47,082 nt of DNA from Escherichia phage vB_EcoS_WF5505. The DNA lies in the sequence record NC_073060.1. The stretch is one strand, 5' to 3'. Within the stretch, counting starts at the first letter, position 1. The number at the start of each line of letters is the position of its first letter. Of this stretch, positions 8,823 through 17,319 are shown piece after piece. The notes beneath the pieces were generated by a model. It was not told the origin of the DNA and ran no database searches. It saw nothing but the letters and a program-made list of their open reading frames with translations. Both the position numbers and the translations under genes were made by a program.

Positions 8823-9909
8823 TCAACATATGGCGGATCGTATGATTCGCCGTCACATCTTCACCCAGCGCCTGAGCAATGACCAGGCGCGGCGGGTGTT
8901 GGCTATGTGGGAGAAGTTCCGGCCCACGTTACTTGGTAAGCTGACCGAGTTACTTGATGGCAAAAAGTCCATGAATAACAAGGCACTGACCACACTGTTA
9001 ACGCAAATCGACAAGACCGTCAAAACGGAACTGCGCACCGAGTTTAAGGCGCTGGCTGAAAGCCTTCAGGAGTTCGCCGACACGGAGGCTGATTATCTTG
9101 CCGATACATTAACGGCAGCGATCCAGCCAGCGGTCGCCGTACCGGCTGTTGAGGTTGTTGGCGTAGTGACTGGCGCGCAGATCGCAGCGACGGCTATGAA
9201 AAACCCATTCCAGGGTAACACCATGATGCAATGGCCCGATTCACTTTCGGAGTGGACCAGGACGCAGATCGGTAATCAGGTGCGCGCTGGATTCATCCAG
9301 GGCAAGCCGACTATGGAAATTATCGCGGACGTAAGGCGCGCTCTCGGCGGTCGTAGTGCGCAGGCAATCTCAAGCGTTGTTAAGTCCGCAGTAAACCACT
9401 ATGCGGCGACCGCCCGCGAATTAATGGTAAAAGCTAATGACGATATTCTCGAAGGTCGCCAATGGTTGGCTACATTGGATACGCATACTTCTCCCATGTG
9501 CCAGCTACGCGATCGCCTGTTTTATCCAGTTGATGTTACTCCCGACACCAAAGGAAAGCGCGGCGGGAAAGTGGTGGCTGGGTCACAATATGGCGCTGGT
9601 CCGGGCAAGCTGCATTATTGCTGCCGGTCTACGGAGACGTGGAAAGTCAAAGGCATGGAAGATTGGCCCAGTGGTAAGCGTCCGGCACTGAAGGCTGACG
9701 CGGGTCGATTGCTGAGTGAGCAGGTCGACGCGCAGACTGATTTCTTCTCATGGGTGCAGCGCCAGCCGCGCCATATTCTGGAGGAATTATATGGGGTGCA
9801 GCGCGCAGACCAGATTATGCGCGGCGTGAAAGTGCCTAAGATGTTCACCGATACCGGCGAACTAATGACTATTGCACAGCTTAAAAACCGGGGGTTATGG
9901 CGTGATTAA
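8806..9909 (+). CDS. Head morphogenesis / minor head protein (Mu F- or SPP1 gp7-like)
   Basis: 367-aa ORF following portal; assigned mainly by position. Confidence 0.5.
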   Translation: MARTINQHMADRMIRRHIFTQRLSNDQARRVLAMWEKFRPTLLGKLTELLDGKKSMNNKALTTLLTQIDKTVKTELRTEFKALAESLQEFADTEADYLADTLTAAIQPAVAVPAVEVVGVVTGAQIAATAMKNPFQGNTMMQWPDSLSEWTRTQIGNQVRAGFIQGKPTMEIIADVRRALGGRSAQAISSVVKSAVNHYAATARELMVKANDDILEGRQWLATLDTHTSPMCQLRDRLFYPVDVTPDTKGKRGGKVVAGSQYGAGPGKLHYCCRSTETWKVKGMEDWPSGKRPALKADAGRLLSEQVDAQTDFFSWVQRQPRHILEELYGVQRADQIMRGVKVPKMFTDTGELMTIAQLKNRGLWRD

Positions 9910-10210
9910 ATATGCGGCTATTGGACTGGTTATCGGTCTGGCGGTTGGATTCTGGCAGGGTGATTCCTACCGCACTGGCGTTGTGGCGAAAGCGGCGCAA
10001 GAAGCGCAAGCGAAAGCCCAACGGCAGCAAACTAAGGTTGTTGAGGGGTCGGTGAAGGCTGAGCAAGCCCGCGACGTGGAATACCGGACTATCACGAAAG
10101 AGGTTGTAAAATATGTTACGCGTCCTAACCGTCCTGATTGTAGTTTTGATGCTGAGCGCGTGCGGATCAAGCAAAGCGCCATCGACGCCGCTAACCGAGT
10201 CGGTCTATAG
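9902..10210 (+). CDS. i-spanin (Rz-like)
   Basis: N-terminal TM segment IKYAAIGLVIGLAVGFW then coiled-coil-like region; o-spanin gene embedded at its 3' end; start taken as GTG 9902 with GGGGG RBS (track start 9872). Confidence 0.6.
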   Translation: MIKYAAIGLVIGLAVGFWQGDSYRTGVVAKAAQEAQAKAQRQQTKVVEGSVKAEQARDVEYRTITKEVVKYVTRPNRPDCSFDAERVRIKQSAIDAANRVGL

Positions 10211-10343
10211 ACCGCCTTGCACCTTTGAGAATGCCTCGGCAGATCCAGACGAGGATTTGCTTGTTGATGTTAAGAATATGGAGTGTGGTGCTAAGCTAAG
10301 GGCGCAAGTGCTGGAGTTGCAGAAAATAATTCGGGGGCCGTGA
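10113..10343 (+). CDS. o-spanin (Rz1-like outer-membrane lipoprotein)
   Basis: Signal peptide with lipobox LSAC, Pro- and Cys-containing mature part; overlaps i-spanin out of frame. Confidence 0.65.
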   Translation: MLRVLTVLIVVLMLSACGSSKAPSTPLTESVYRPPCTFENASADPDEDLLVDVKNMECGAKLRAQVLELQKIIRGP

Positions 10344-10356
10344 TGGCCCCTTTTTT
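10333..10356. terminator. Bidirectional rho-independent terminator (GGGGCC-N-GGCCCC family)
   Basis: GGGGGCCGTGATGGCCCC followed by TTTTTT; separates plus-strand spanins from minus-strand island. Confidence 0.65.
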
Positions 10357-10361
10357 GTTAA

Positions 10362-10874
10362 TTACAAACGCATCGGCATGATAACTAAAAAGGCACCTCC
10401 TTTGAACAGCACGCGTGTTGCCTTGTCTACTCCCTGAAATTCCAGTTTTAAGCCCTCAAACTTATGGTCGAACAATTTAGCAATTTTGCAGGCGTCGGAC
10501 AGGTATGCCCCTTTAAACCCGATAGCCTCCACTTTATTGCTGACGAAAGACGTAACTCTTCTCCAGTCTGGAAATCGTCCGTCTACAATCTCGATGGGTA
10601 TGGTAGCTATTAATACGTCTTTACTATCGAAGAACGCGGCGGAGGTGCCGTCTATGTTGCAGTATTCGAATTTAGTAGGTAAGCGGCCTTTAATTGATAC
10701 TATTTTACTTTCACCTTCTGGTACAACCGCAGACCCGCAGAACAAACGGTGACCGTCTGTAGCCACGATGTATCCTTTCTCGTCGAAAAATACACCATTT
10801 AGGAAGTATCGGACGTCATTAGTTGCGGCGCATATCGTAGCGGCTTTAAGATCGGCGTAGTTAACTTTAATCAT
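10362..10874 (-). CDS. Truncated beta sliding-clamp (DnaN)-like protein, 170 aa
   Basis: Matches E. coli DnaN (recalled, not searched): VRYFLNGVFF, ATDGHRL, VDGRFPDWRRV and C-terminal MPMRL; start MIKVNY with GAGGA RBS. Confidence 0.7.
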   Translation of the reverse strand: MIKVNYADLKAATICAATNDVRYFLNGVFFDEKGYIVATDGHRLFCGSAVVPEGESKIVSIKGRLPTKFEYCNIDGTSAAFFDSKDVLIATIPIEIVDGRFPDWRRVTSFVSNKVEAIGFKGAYLSDACKIAKLFDHKFEGLKLEFQGVDKATRVLFKGGAFLVIMPMRL

Positions 10875-10931
10875 TTTAATTTCCTCGTGGTTATGTAGAC
10901 GATAATTCGGGGCCATTACAGCCCCCTTTTG

Positions 10932-11696
10932 TTAGCGCGGAATACCGCAGATTTCGTTTAACGTCTTCACATCCAGCGCTACTGCCGTTGACTTCGGCTT
11001 GTCCGGGTATGGAATGAATTGTTCAACTTCAGGCCACGCCGCGATCAGCTTCTTGTCAGTATTGTGCATATCCAGCACGCCGGTAACGGTTAGTTTGAAC
11101 GCGTCATACTTCGCACGCAATTCACGGCGGGCCTTGTCGTTGTGGTCCAGGCGCTTGCAGAAATCATGCTCTGCCGGGTAGTCTACGCGACCGCGTGGTA
11201 GATATATCGGCAGCGCTTTTCCGTCCTCATCCACTTCACATACTGACGCGAGCATAATTTCCTCGTACCCCGGTACAATATCGCTAACGTCAGGCGCGAG
11301 CGTATTCATATATTTTTCTTCCCAGTATCCGCGGTGCTGGCGGTAGCGGTATCCGTCGCCGCTCATATGCAGGGTACGGATGTTACCGCCTGCGTTGATT
11401 TCGAAAGTGGAGCAGTAAACGCGTCCAATGCCTTTCTGACGGTCTTTGTTATAGCTATACGTCGCCTTGTCGGTGTAAACGCTGACGCCGTACATCTGCG
11501 ACTGGTTATCGCGGATTTCTGCGATATATGCGCGTAGCTCGGCGAACGTGTGAATGCCTTCTGGCATACAGTCCAGCGTAATTGCGTACGCCAGGTCGCG
11601 AGAGGCCATCATGATTGATTTGGCTTCAGTCGCGATTTCGTGGTCGCGCAGGATGTTAGCCAGAATCTGGTTTTTAATGTCTTTTGTCAGTCTCAT
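10932..11696 (-). CDS. Hypothetical protein (254 aa), upstream partner of DnaN-like gene
   Basis: Start MRLTKD with GAGGA RBS inside track ORF 10932-11741; no recognised motif. Confidence 0.55.
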   Translation of the reverse strand: MRLTKDIKNQILANILRDHEIATEAKSIMMASRDLAYAITLDCMPEGIHTFAELRAYIAEIRDNQSQMYGVSVYTDKATYSYNKDRQKGIGRVYCSTFEINAGGNIRTLHMSGDGYRYRQHRGYWEEKYMNTLAPDVSDIVPGYEEIMLASVCEVDEDGKALPIYLPRGRVDYPAEHDFCKRLDHNDKARRELRAKYDAFKLTVTGVLDMHNTDKKLIAAWPEVEQFIPYPDKPKSTAVALDVKTLNEICGIPR

Positions 11697-11845
11697 TTGT
11701 GTTTCCTCATTGTTGGTGTGCAACCAATATAGTGCAACCAATACCTGTATTGCAAGCGAATTTTGCGATTATTTTTATCGCTGATAATATTAAAGGCGTG
11801 AAGTCGAGCGGGTGGCCCGCTCTGCCACGATCCCAGGGGGATAGC
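11697..11845. promoter_or_regulatory. Divergent promoter region with two TGCAACCAAT copies
   Basis: TGCAACCAAT at 11719-11728 and 11733-11742; candidate plus-strand sigma70 elements TTGCGA (11763-11768) and TAATAT (11785-11790). Confidence 0.45.
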
Positions 11846-12550
11846 ATGGAAATTACTAAAGCAGAATATGACGCGTTGCCGGAAGGTATGAAGGCGCTTT
11901 TTGTTGCCAATGGCGACGGGTATAAATCAACATTTATGTCCGCTGAGGAAGTACAGGCGGAAATCAAGGGTCTGAAAGACAACAACGCAAAGCTGGTGAG
12001 CGAGAAGAAAGCAGAAGCTGAACGCCGCGCCGAAGCCGAGCGCCTTGCGAAAGAGAAAGAGGAAGCCGCCGCGCGCAAAAATGGCGACCTCGAAGCGATC
12101 GATAAATCCTGGAAGGATAAGTTGGCAAAACACGAAGCTGACACATCGGGGAAAATCGAATCCTATCGCAAGCAGATCCACGACCTTACTATCGGCAGCG
12201 CTGCCAAAGACCTGGCATCGAAGCTATTTGGTAAGAATGCTGGCATCATGCAACGCCACGTAATGGAGCGCCTCGCGCTGGAAGACGGTGAAGACGGCAG
12301 CTTGAAAGTGCGTGTCTTGCAGGATGGCAAACCGTCCGCGCTGACTATGGACGAGCTTGAAAAAGAGTTCCGTAATAACGCTGATTTTGCATCCGTCCTG
12401 GCTGGCACGCCCGCCGGTGGCGCTCCGAGCAAACCGACACAGGTTATCGAAGATGCGAAGTCTAAAATCACGATGGGCCATAGCTTCGGTATCACGGACC
12501 TGACGAAACAGGCAGGGGATATCATCGCTAAGATGGGCGACGACGAGTAA
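11846..12550 (+). CDS. Putative scaffolding protein
   Basis: Charged, Ala/Glu/Lys-rich coiled-coil-like 234-aa protein directly upstream of major capsid gene; ATG with AGGGGGA RBS. Confidence 0.55.
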   Translation: MEITKAEYDALPEGMKALFVANGDGYKSTFMSAEEVQAEIKGLKDNNAKLVSEKKAEAERRAEAERLAKEKEEAAARKNGDLEAIDKSWKDKLAKHEADTSGKIESYRKQIHDLTIGSAAKDLASKLFGKNAGIMQRHVMERLALEDGEDGSLKVRVLQDGKPSALTMDELEKEFRNNADFASVLAGTPAGGAPSKPTQVIEDAKSKITMGHSFGITDLTKQAGDIIAKMGDDE

Positions 12551-12647
12551 GCAGATCGCCCGCGAAAGCGGGCGATTTTGCGAGCGCGTAAATCTAAGGT
12601 AACATTAACGTCACTGGGCGAATGCTCACAACTCAAAGGATTTCGAT

Positions 12648-13748
12648 ATGTCTTTAACAGTGTTCCAGCGTAAACTCGTTACCGCGGTTACGCAAATGAT
12701 CCCCGACAACCTGAACGTGTTCAACGCTGCCGCTAATGGCGCTGTTGTTCTCGGTACAGGTGAAGTGCTGAAGGACGTTGTAGAAAAAATGTCCGTCGGC
12801 TTGATCGCCAACCTCGTTACTGACCGTAACGCATATGCGCCTGTTGGCACACCGGCAACCGCTAAAGTGCTGGCGCGTATGCTGACTAACTCGGTTAACC
12901 TCTCCGCGAAAGTGGGTCCGGTAGCAATCACTAAGGCTATGATGGCTAAGATCGAAACCAACGTTAACAGCGTTGCGGCTGAGATTGCGGCACAGGCTAC
13001 TCAAGCGATTATGCTGCATTACCTGAAAGCTGGTATCGGCGCAAGTAAAGCGGCGATCGAGAGCAACGCAGCGGCAGCATACACCCAACCGGCGCGCGTA
13101 GATGGCGTTGGCGGTCGAACCTTCCCGACCCTGGCAGACTTCCCGCTGGCGGCTTCTAAGTTCGGCGATCAGGCGTCTTTGATTAAGTCCTGGTTTATGG
13201 ATGGCGTTACCTGGGCTAACTTCATTGCCTATCAGGCGCTTCCTTCCGCTGAGCAGGTATTCGCGATCGGCGATCTGCAAGTAATGGGTGATGGCCTGGG
13301 CCGTCGTTTCATTATCTCCGATGCCGCTGCCGATGCTATGGGCGCTGGTAAAATGCTGGGTCTGGTCCCTGGCGCGGTTGCGGTTACTACCAACGGCCTC
13401 GATATGCTGGCGCAGGAAAAAGGCGGTAATGAGAACATCGAACGCTGGTGGCAGGGTGAGTTCGACTTCAACGTGGCTGTTAAAGGCTATCGTCTGAAGG
13501 CGTCCGCTCGTACTCCGGTTGAAGGTGTCCGCTCGTTCACACTGGCGGATATCACCACCAAGGACAACTGGGAGCTGGATCAGGGCCAGGTAGACAACGC
13601 TCCGGCAACCGTCCAGGATGTTGGCGCGGTGGGTGATGGCGATACTAAAGGCCGTCGCAAGACCCAGGCAGCGCAGGCCGTGCCGACCCGTAACATCAAG
13701 GAAACGGCTGGCGTACTGGTTACGCTGACTGCTACCAGCGCGTCGTAA
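12648..13748 (+). CDS. Major capsid protein
   Basis: 366-aa ORF after scaffold gene and followed by a strong terminator; position and size. Confidence 0.7.
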   Translation: MSLTVFQRKLVTAVTQMIPDNLNVFNAAANGAVVLGTGEVLKDVVEKMSVGLIANLVTDRNAYAPVGTPATAKVLARMLTNSVNLSAKVGPVAITKAMMAKIETNVNSVAAEIAAQATQAIMLHYLKAGIGASKAAIESNAAAAYTQPARVDGVGGRTFPTLADFPLAASKFGDQASLIKSWFMDGVTWANFIAYQALPSAEQVFAIGDLQVMGDGLGRRFIISDAAADAMGAGKMLGLVPGAVAVTTNGLDMLAQEKGGNENIERWWQGEFDFNVAVKGYRLKASARTPVEGVRSFTLADITTKDNWELDQGQVDNAPATVQDVGAVGDGDTKGRRKTQAAQAVPTRNIKETAGVLVTLTATSAS

Positions 13749-13765
13749 TCGGCGCACATCCCAAA

Positions 13766-13792
13766 GGGGCGGGCTTATGCCCGCCTTTTTTA
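13766..13792 (+). terminator. Rho-independent terminator after capsid gene
   Basis: GGGGCGGGC-TTAT-GCCCGCC hairpin followed by TTTTTT. Confidence 0.7.
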
Positions 13793-13806
13793 TAGGAGTG
13801 AATAAA

Positions 13807-14307
13807 ATGTATGGCGACCCGCAAACCTTTACTGATTATGCCGCAGCGCGTGGCATTGAAATTACGCTGGGCGATGCAACGCGACATCTTACCATCGTTA
13901 ATGACTTCCTCAACGGCCTCAACTGGATCGGCGAACAAGCGGACCAGACCGGAATCGACGCATGGCCCCGCATCAATTACCCGTCGGACGGTAAGCCGGT
14001 GCGAGACACGCTCACTGAAGTTGTGGCGGTAGTGCCTGCCGGGCAGATCGTAAACTTCGCATCAATCCCCGTTGCCGTTGAGCAAGCCGTTTACAGGCTG
14101 GCGCTGTTGGTGGCGGACGATATTGACATTTCGCCGATCGGCGGTGGCAAAGAGACTATTCGCGAAACGGTTGGCCCAATCACGATGGAATATGACCCCG
14201 CTACAATCGGCGGATACGTGGCGTTCCCGTGGTGGGATGGCTTGCTTGGCTACTGGGTGAACGTAGACGGCAACGCTTCAGGTAACTTTGACGTATACAG
14301 GGGCTAA
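13807..14307 (+). CDS. Head-associated structural protein (connector/adaptor candidate)
   Basis: 166-aa ORF with GGAG RBS in head-to-tail region; function by position only. Confidence 0.4.
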   Translation: MYGDPQTFTDYAAARGIEITLGDATRHLTIVNDFLNGLNWIGEQADQTGIDAWPRINYPSDGKPVRDTLTEVVAVVPAGQIVNFASIPVAVEQAVYRLALLVADDIDISPIGGGKETIRETVGPITMEYDPATIGGYVAFPWWDGLLGYWVNVDGNASGNFDVYRG

Positions 14308-14308
14308 T

Positions 14309-14428
14309 ATGAATCCGGCTGTTATTGCAGCGTTGCTGGCGGCGCTGGCGACGAAAGAGAAAGAGAAAGAGGAAGAACCAGTACCGCCGGAAGTACCGGC
14401 GCAGGAGGAAGACGATGGCGGGATTTGA
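14309..14428 (+). CDS. Possible 39-aa acidic peptide
   Basis: ATG with AGGGG RBS, Lys/Glu repeat KEKEKEEE; overlaps next gene start; may be spurious. Confidence 0.25.
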   Translation: MNPAVIAALLAALATKEKEKEEEPVPPEVPAQEEDDGGI

Positions 14429-14768
14429 CTACGCAGGCTTAAAGCGGAAAGTAAATCCGCTGATTAAAAAATTCGGCATGACAGTTACCGTGACGCGTCC
14501 TGGATCGGTTGACCGCGTAGACGGCAACGAGATAGTAATCCCGCCAACGTCGTTTGATATCATCGGGCTTCGAGAGGAGTACAAGCCTCGTGAGATCGAC
14601 GGGACTCGGGTCATTGCCGGTGATGTTAAGTTCTTATGTCAGGCGGCGGAGCAAGTGCAGGTAGGCGATCTGGTTAACCTGAATAACACAGATTACCGTG
14701 TTATCAATCCTACCCCACTGCAACCGGCGGGCACTACCATGCTGTTTCAATTACAGCTAAGGGGCTAA
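14415..14768 (+). CDS. Putative head-tail joining protein (117 aa)
   Basis: ATG with AGGAGGA RBS, in frame inside track ORF 14325-14768 whose Arg-rich extension looks like a frame artefact. Confidence 0.45.
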   Translation: MAGFDYAGLKRKVNPLIKKFGMTVTVTRPGSVDRVDGNEIVIPPTSFDIIGLREEYKPREIDGTRVIAGDVKFLCQAAEQVQVGDLVNLNNTDYRVINPTPLQPAGTTMLFQLQLRG

Positions 14769-14769
14769 C

Positions 14770-15363
14770 GTGGCTGAGGTCTACTCGTTCGCCGCTACCA
14801 TTGCAACATGGGTAGATAAGACGAAGGAGAACAACGACAAGGCGGTGCGGGCGACCGGTATGCAAATACTCGGACGCCTGATTGAGATCTCCCCGGTGGG
14901 CGACCCCCGCCGGTGGAAGATAAACAAGGCGTACGCGATGGCCCGCCAGCACGCGAACAAGGTGAACGCCGCACAGCGCCGAAAGAATGGCGGCAAACTG
15001 AAGCGTGGGCAGAAGAAGCACGCCAGTGTGCTCGTATCGTTCAAGACTAAAAACGGCAACGTCACGTTCCGCCAGCGTGGCTGGGCCGCGAAGAATTACA
15101 CCGGCGGGCGCTTCCGGGGAAACTGGCAGGTGTCTTTCGACCGTCCGGCTGTTGGCGCTGTTGACCGGGTGGACAAGGCCGGAACGGCAACATTAGCGGC
15201 GGGGCGTGACGTGCTGGCGCATTACGATTCTGGCGAATATGGGTCTATCTGGTTTACTAACAACGTGCCGTACGCGCAGCGACTGGAGTATGGCTGGAGT
15301 AAACAAGCGCCCGCGGGGATTGTTCGCGTCGTAGCGGCAGAAATCAATTCTAAGGTGAAATAA
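14770..15363 (+). CDS. Putative neck / head-tail connector protein (197 aa)
   Basis: GTG-initiated track ORF in connector gene run; by position. Confidence 0.4.
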   Translation: MAEVYSFAATIATWVDKTKENNDKAVRATGMQILGRLIEISPVGDPRRWKINKAYAMARQHANKVNAAQRRKNGGKLKRGQKKHASVLVSFKTKNGNVTFRQRGWAAKNYTGGRFRGNWQVSFDRPAVGAVDRVDKAGTATLAAGRDVLAHYDSGEYGSIWFTNNVPYAQRLEYGWSKQAPAGIVRVVAAEINSKVK

Positions 15364-15785
15364 TGAGCAATACGCTAATCCGCAAGGCGCTTAACAGCGT
15401 AGTAGAAGAATTATCGGCAAGCCTGAGCACCAACCAGCGCCCGATCAAGGTTAACTGGGAGAACGTGAAGGGCGACCACGCTAACGGCAATGGCGTGTAC
15501 CTGGAGCCGTACTTGCTTCCGGCCCCGACCCAGTTTGTGGGCTTTCAGCAGAAAGGCCGGATCTATGCAGGCGTTTATCAGGTTGCCGTAGTGTTCCCCG
15601 CGGGCGCTGGCACACAGTACGCGAGCGAACTGGCGGACGCCATCGCGACGTCAGCCAAGTGGCAGGGCGTCAAGATTGCTGGCGCGGCTTTCCAGCTTCA
15701 GGACGCGCCCTACACCAGTTCGGTGATTGAAGATATCGACCGCGCCCGCATCGTAGTATCGGTCCTGTATAACTGTTGCGCCTGA
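15363..15785 (+). CDS. Putative tail terminator / completion protein (140 aa)
   Basis: Coupled (ATGA) to upstream gene, immediately before the major tail protein gene. Confidence 0.4.
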   Translation: MSNTLIRKALNSVVEELSASLSTNQRPIKVNWENVKGDHANGNGVYLEPYLLPAPTQFVGFQQKGRIYAGVYQVAVVFPAGAGTQYASELADAIATSAKWQGVKIAGAAFQLQDAPYTSSVIEDIDRARIVVSVLYNCCA

Positions 15786-15845
15786 TTTGGCGCAATTCTG
15801 CGCGTGCTGTATCATTAAACCGTACATCTAAACAGGAGCTTCATT

Positions 15846-16571
15846 ATGGGTTATCAACTTCCTAACGGGTCCAGCGTCCAGATTGGGTCCGTACTGGGCG
15901 ACGGCATCGCTGTTACGGCAGCTACCAACGCCACCGCGTCGATCGCCGACCTTACCACTGGTTGCGTTATTACCTGCGCGGCTTCGCATGGTCTGGTAGT
16001 GGGTGACGTGGTTATGTTCACTAAAACCCCGTGGGTCCGTGCGCTAAACCGCGCGTTCATCGTGGGTAAAGTAGACGTGAACGACGTTACGCTGGCGCGC
16101 TTCGACACCGAAGACGTCACCAAATATCCAACCGGCGCTTTTGGCGTAGGCACTCCGGGTGAAGTGGTGAAGGTGTCGAGCTTTATCGACTTCCCGTTTA
16201 TCACCAACGTTGCTGTTTCGGGTGGCGACCAGCAGACGACTACCTTCCAGCCGTTGCAGGTGAACACCGCGATCAGTCTGAACACCACGAAAAACCCGTT
16301 GGTCCAGACGTACACCTTCACCCACGACGAAGAAGACCCGATCCGCCCTATCCTGGAAGACCTGGACGATACACAGAAAACCACTGTTATTAAGTTCACG
16401 AACCCAGCGGCAGCAAGCGGCAAAGGTGAGATCCGTATTTACCCGGCAAAGGTATCTTTCCAGAAGATTCCGTCCGCTGAAGTAAACAACGTGGAAACGG
16501 TACAATCCACTCTGACCATGCAGTCTGATATGGTTATCTACCGTAAGGATCTGGTCGAGGCACTGTCTTGA
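15846..16571 (+). CDS. Major tail (tube) protein
   Basis: 241-aa Thr/Val/Gly-rich protein upstream of G/GT chaperone genes and tape measure; followed by terminator. Confidence 0.6.
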   Translation: MGYQLPNGSSVQIGSVLGDGIAVTAATNATASIADLTTGCVITCAASHGLVVGDVVMFTKTPWVRALNRAFIVGKVDVNDVTLARFDTEDVTKYPTGAFGVGTPGEVVKVSSFIDFPFITNVAVSGGDQQTTTFQPLQVNTAISLNTTKNPLVQTYTFTHDEEDPIRPILEDLDDTQKTTVIKFTNPAAASGKGEIRIYPAKVSFQKIPSAEVNNVETVQSTLTMQSDMVIYRKDLVEALS

Positions 16572-16601
16572 TTTGGTCGCTTAAATAGCGAGTGTTAATA
16601 T

Positions 16602-16625
16602 GGGGCCAGCACGGCCCCTTTTTTA
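16602..16625 (+). terminator. Rho-independent terminator (GGGGCC-N-GGCCCC family)
   Basis: GGGGCCAGCACGGCCCC followed by TTTTTT. Confidence 0.65.
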
Positions 16626-16640
16626 TTGGAGAATATTACA

Positions 16641-17003
16641 ATGGCTAAAGCACCACTCTTCACACTTGACCCTAAGCCGACCTTTAAGCTGCCGATTGAG
16701 ATCCCGCGCCCTGGTGAGAACGAACCAGGCAAGATGACGTTTACCGTCCGCCACCGCCCGATCGACGAGTTTTCGCAGACCATGCAGGACACCGAACGCA
16801 AGCTATCGGAATATGACGACAATGACCCTGACGGCTTTAACGTTATGGTTGAGGCCATCATGCACGTCGCTGAAGGCTGGAATCTGCCAGACCAATTTAA
16901 CGCTGAGAACGTCCGCCGTCTGGTAGTCAACTACCCCCGTGCGTTCGGCGTGTTCCACACCTCGTACTACCTCGAATTGATGGGACTACGTGAAAAAAAC
17001 TAA
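16641..17003 (+). CDS. Tail assembly chaperone (G-like)
   Basis: 120-aa acidic protein between major tail and tape measure genes; ends with slippery A_AAA_AAC. Confidence 0.7.
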   Translation: MAKAPLFTLDPKPTFKLPIEIPRPGENEPGKMTFTVRHRPIDEFSQTMQDTERKLSEYDDNDPDGFNVMVEAIMHVAEGWNLPDQFNAENVRRLVVNYPRAFGVFHTSYYLELMGLREKN

Positions 17004-17317
17004 TTGAGGCGGCGCGACGCTTTTATGGCCCGCCGCCACCCTCCGAAGATGTAGCCGCAAGTTTATGGGGCGCGGCCCCCGAAGATGTTTGCCCGTCTGT
17101 TGCGCTATGGCCCGACAACGCGAAGATAGTCGCAGTCTTCACAGATTGCTCTACGCAATGGCGCACCGGATTCGGTGGGGCATACGGCATCGACTACGGA
17201 GTTCTGGAGTGGCTATTTAAGATGCACGGCATCGAAAACGAGCAACGTGCATTTAAAGATATAAAGCTAATGGAACGGATCGCGCTTGACGAAATGGCGC
17301 AACAAAACCCCGCATAA
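16641..17317 (+). CDS. Tail assembly chaperone GT-like fusion via programmed -1 frameshift
   Basis: A_AAA_AAC at 16994-17000 just before G stop; the -1 frame is open from 17000 to 17317 with no start codon of its own. Confidence 0.6.
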
Positions 17318-17319
17318 TG

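Noticed and set aside
12654-13757. 367-aa minus-strand ORF fully antisense to the major capsid gene
   Set aside because: Exactly mirrors a well-supported plus-strand gene with no independent RBS or context; a typical antisense artefact of GC-rich coding sequence.
14325-14768. Arg/Lys-rich N-terminal extension of the track ORF
   Set aside because: Begins at a TTG in an alternate reading of the preceding region; the in-frame ATG at 14415 with AGGAGGA RBS is the credible start.
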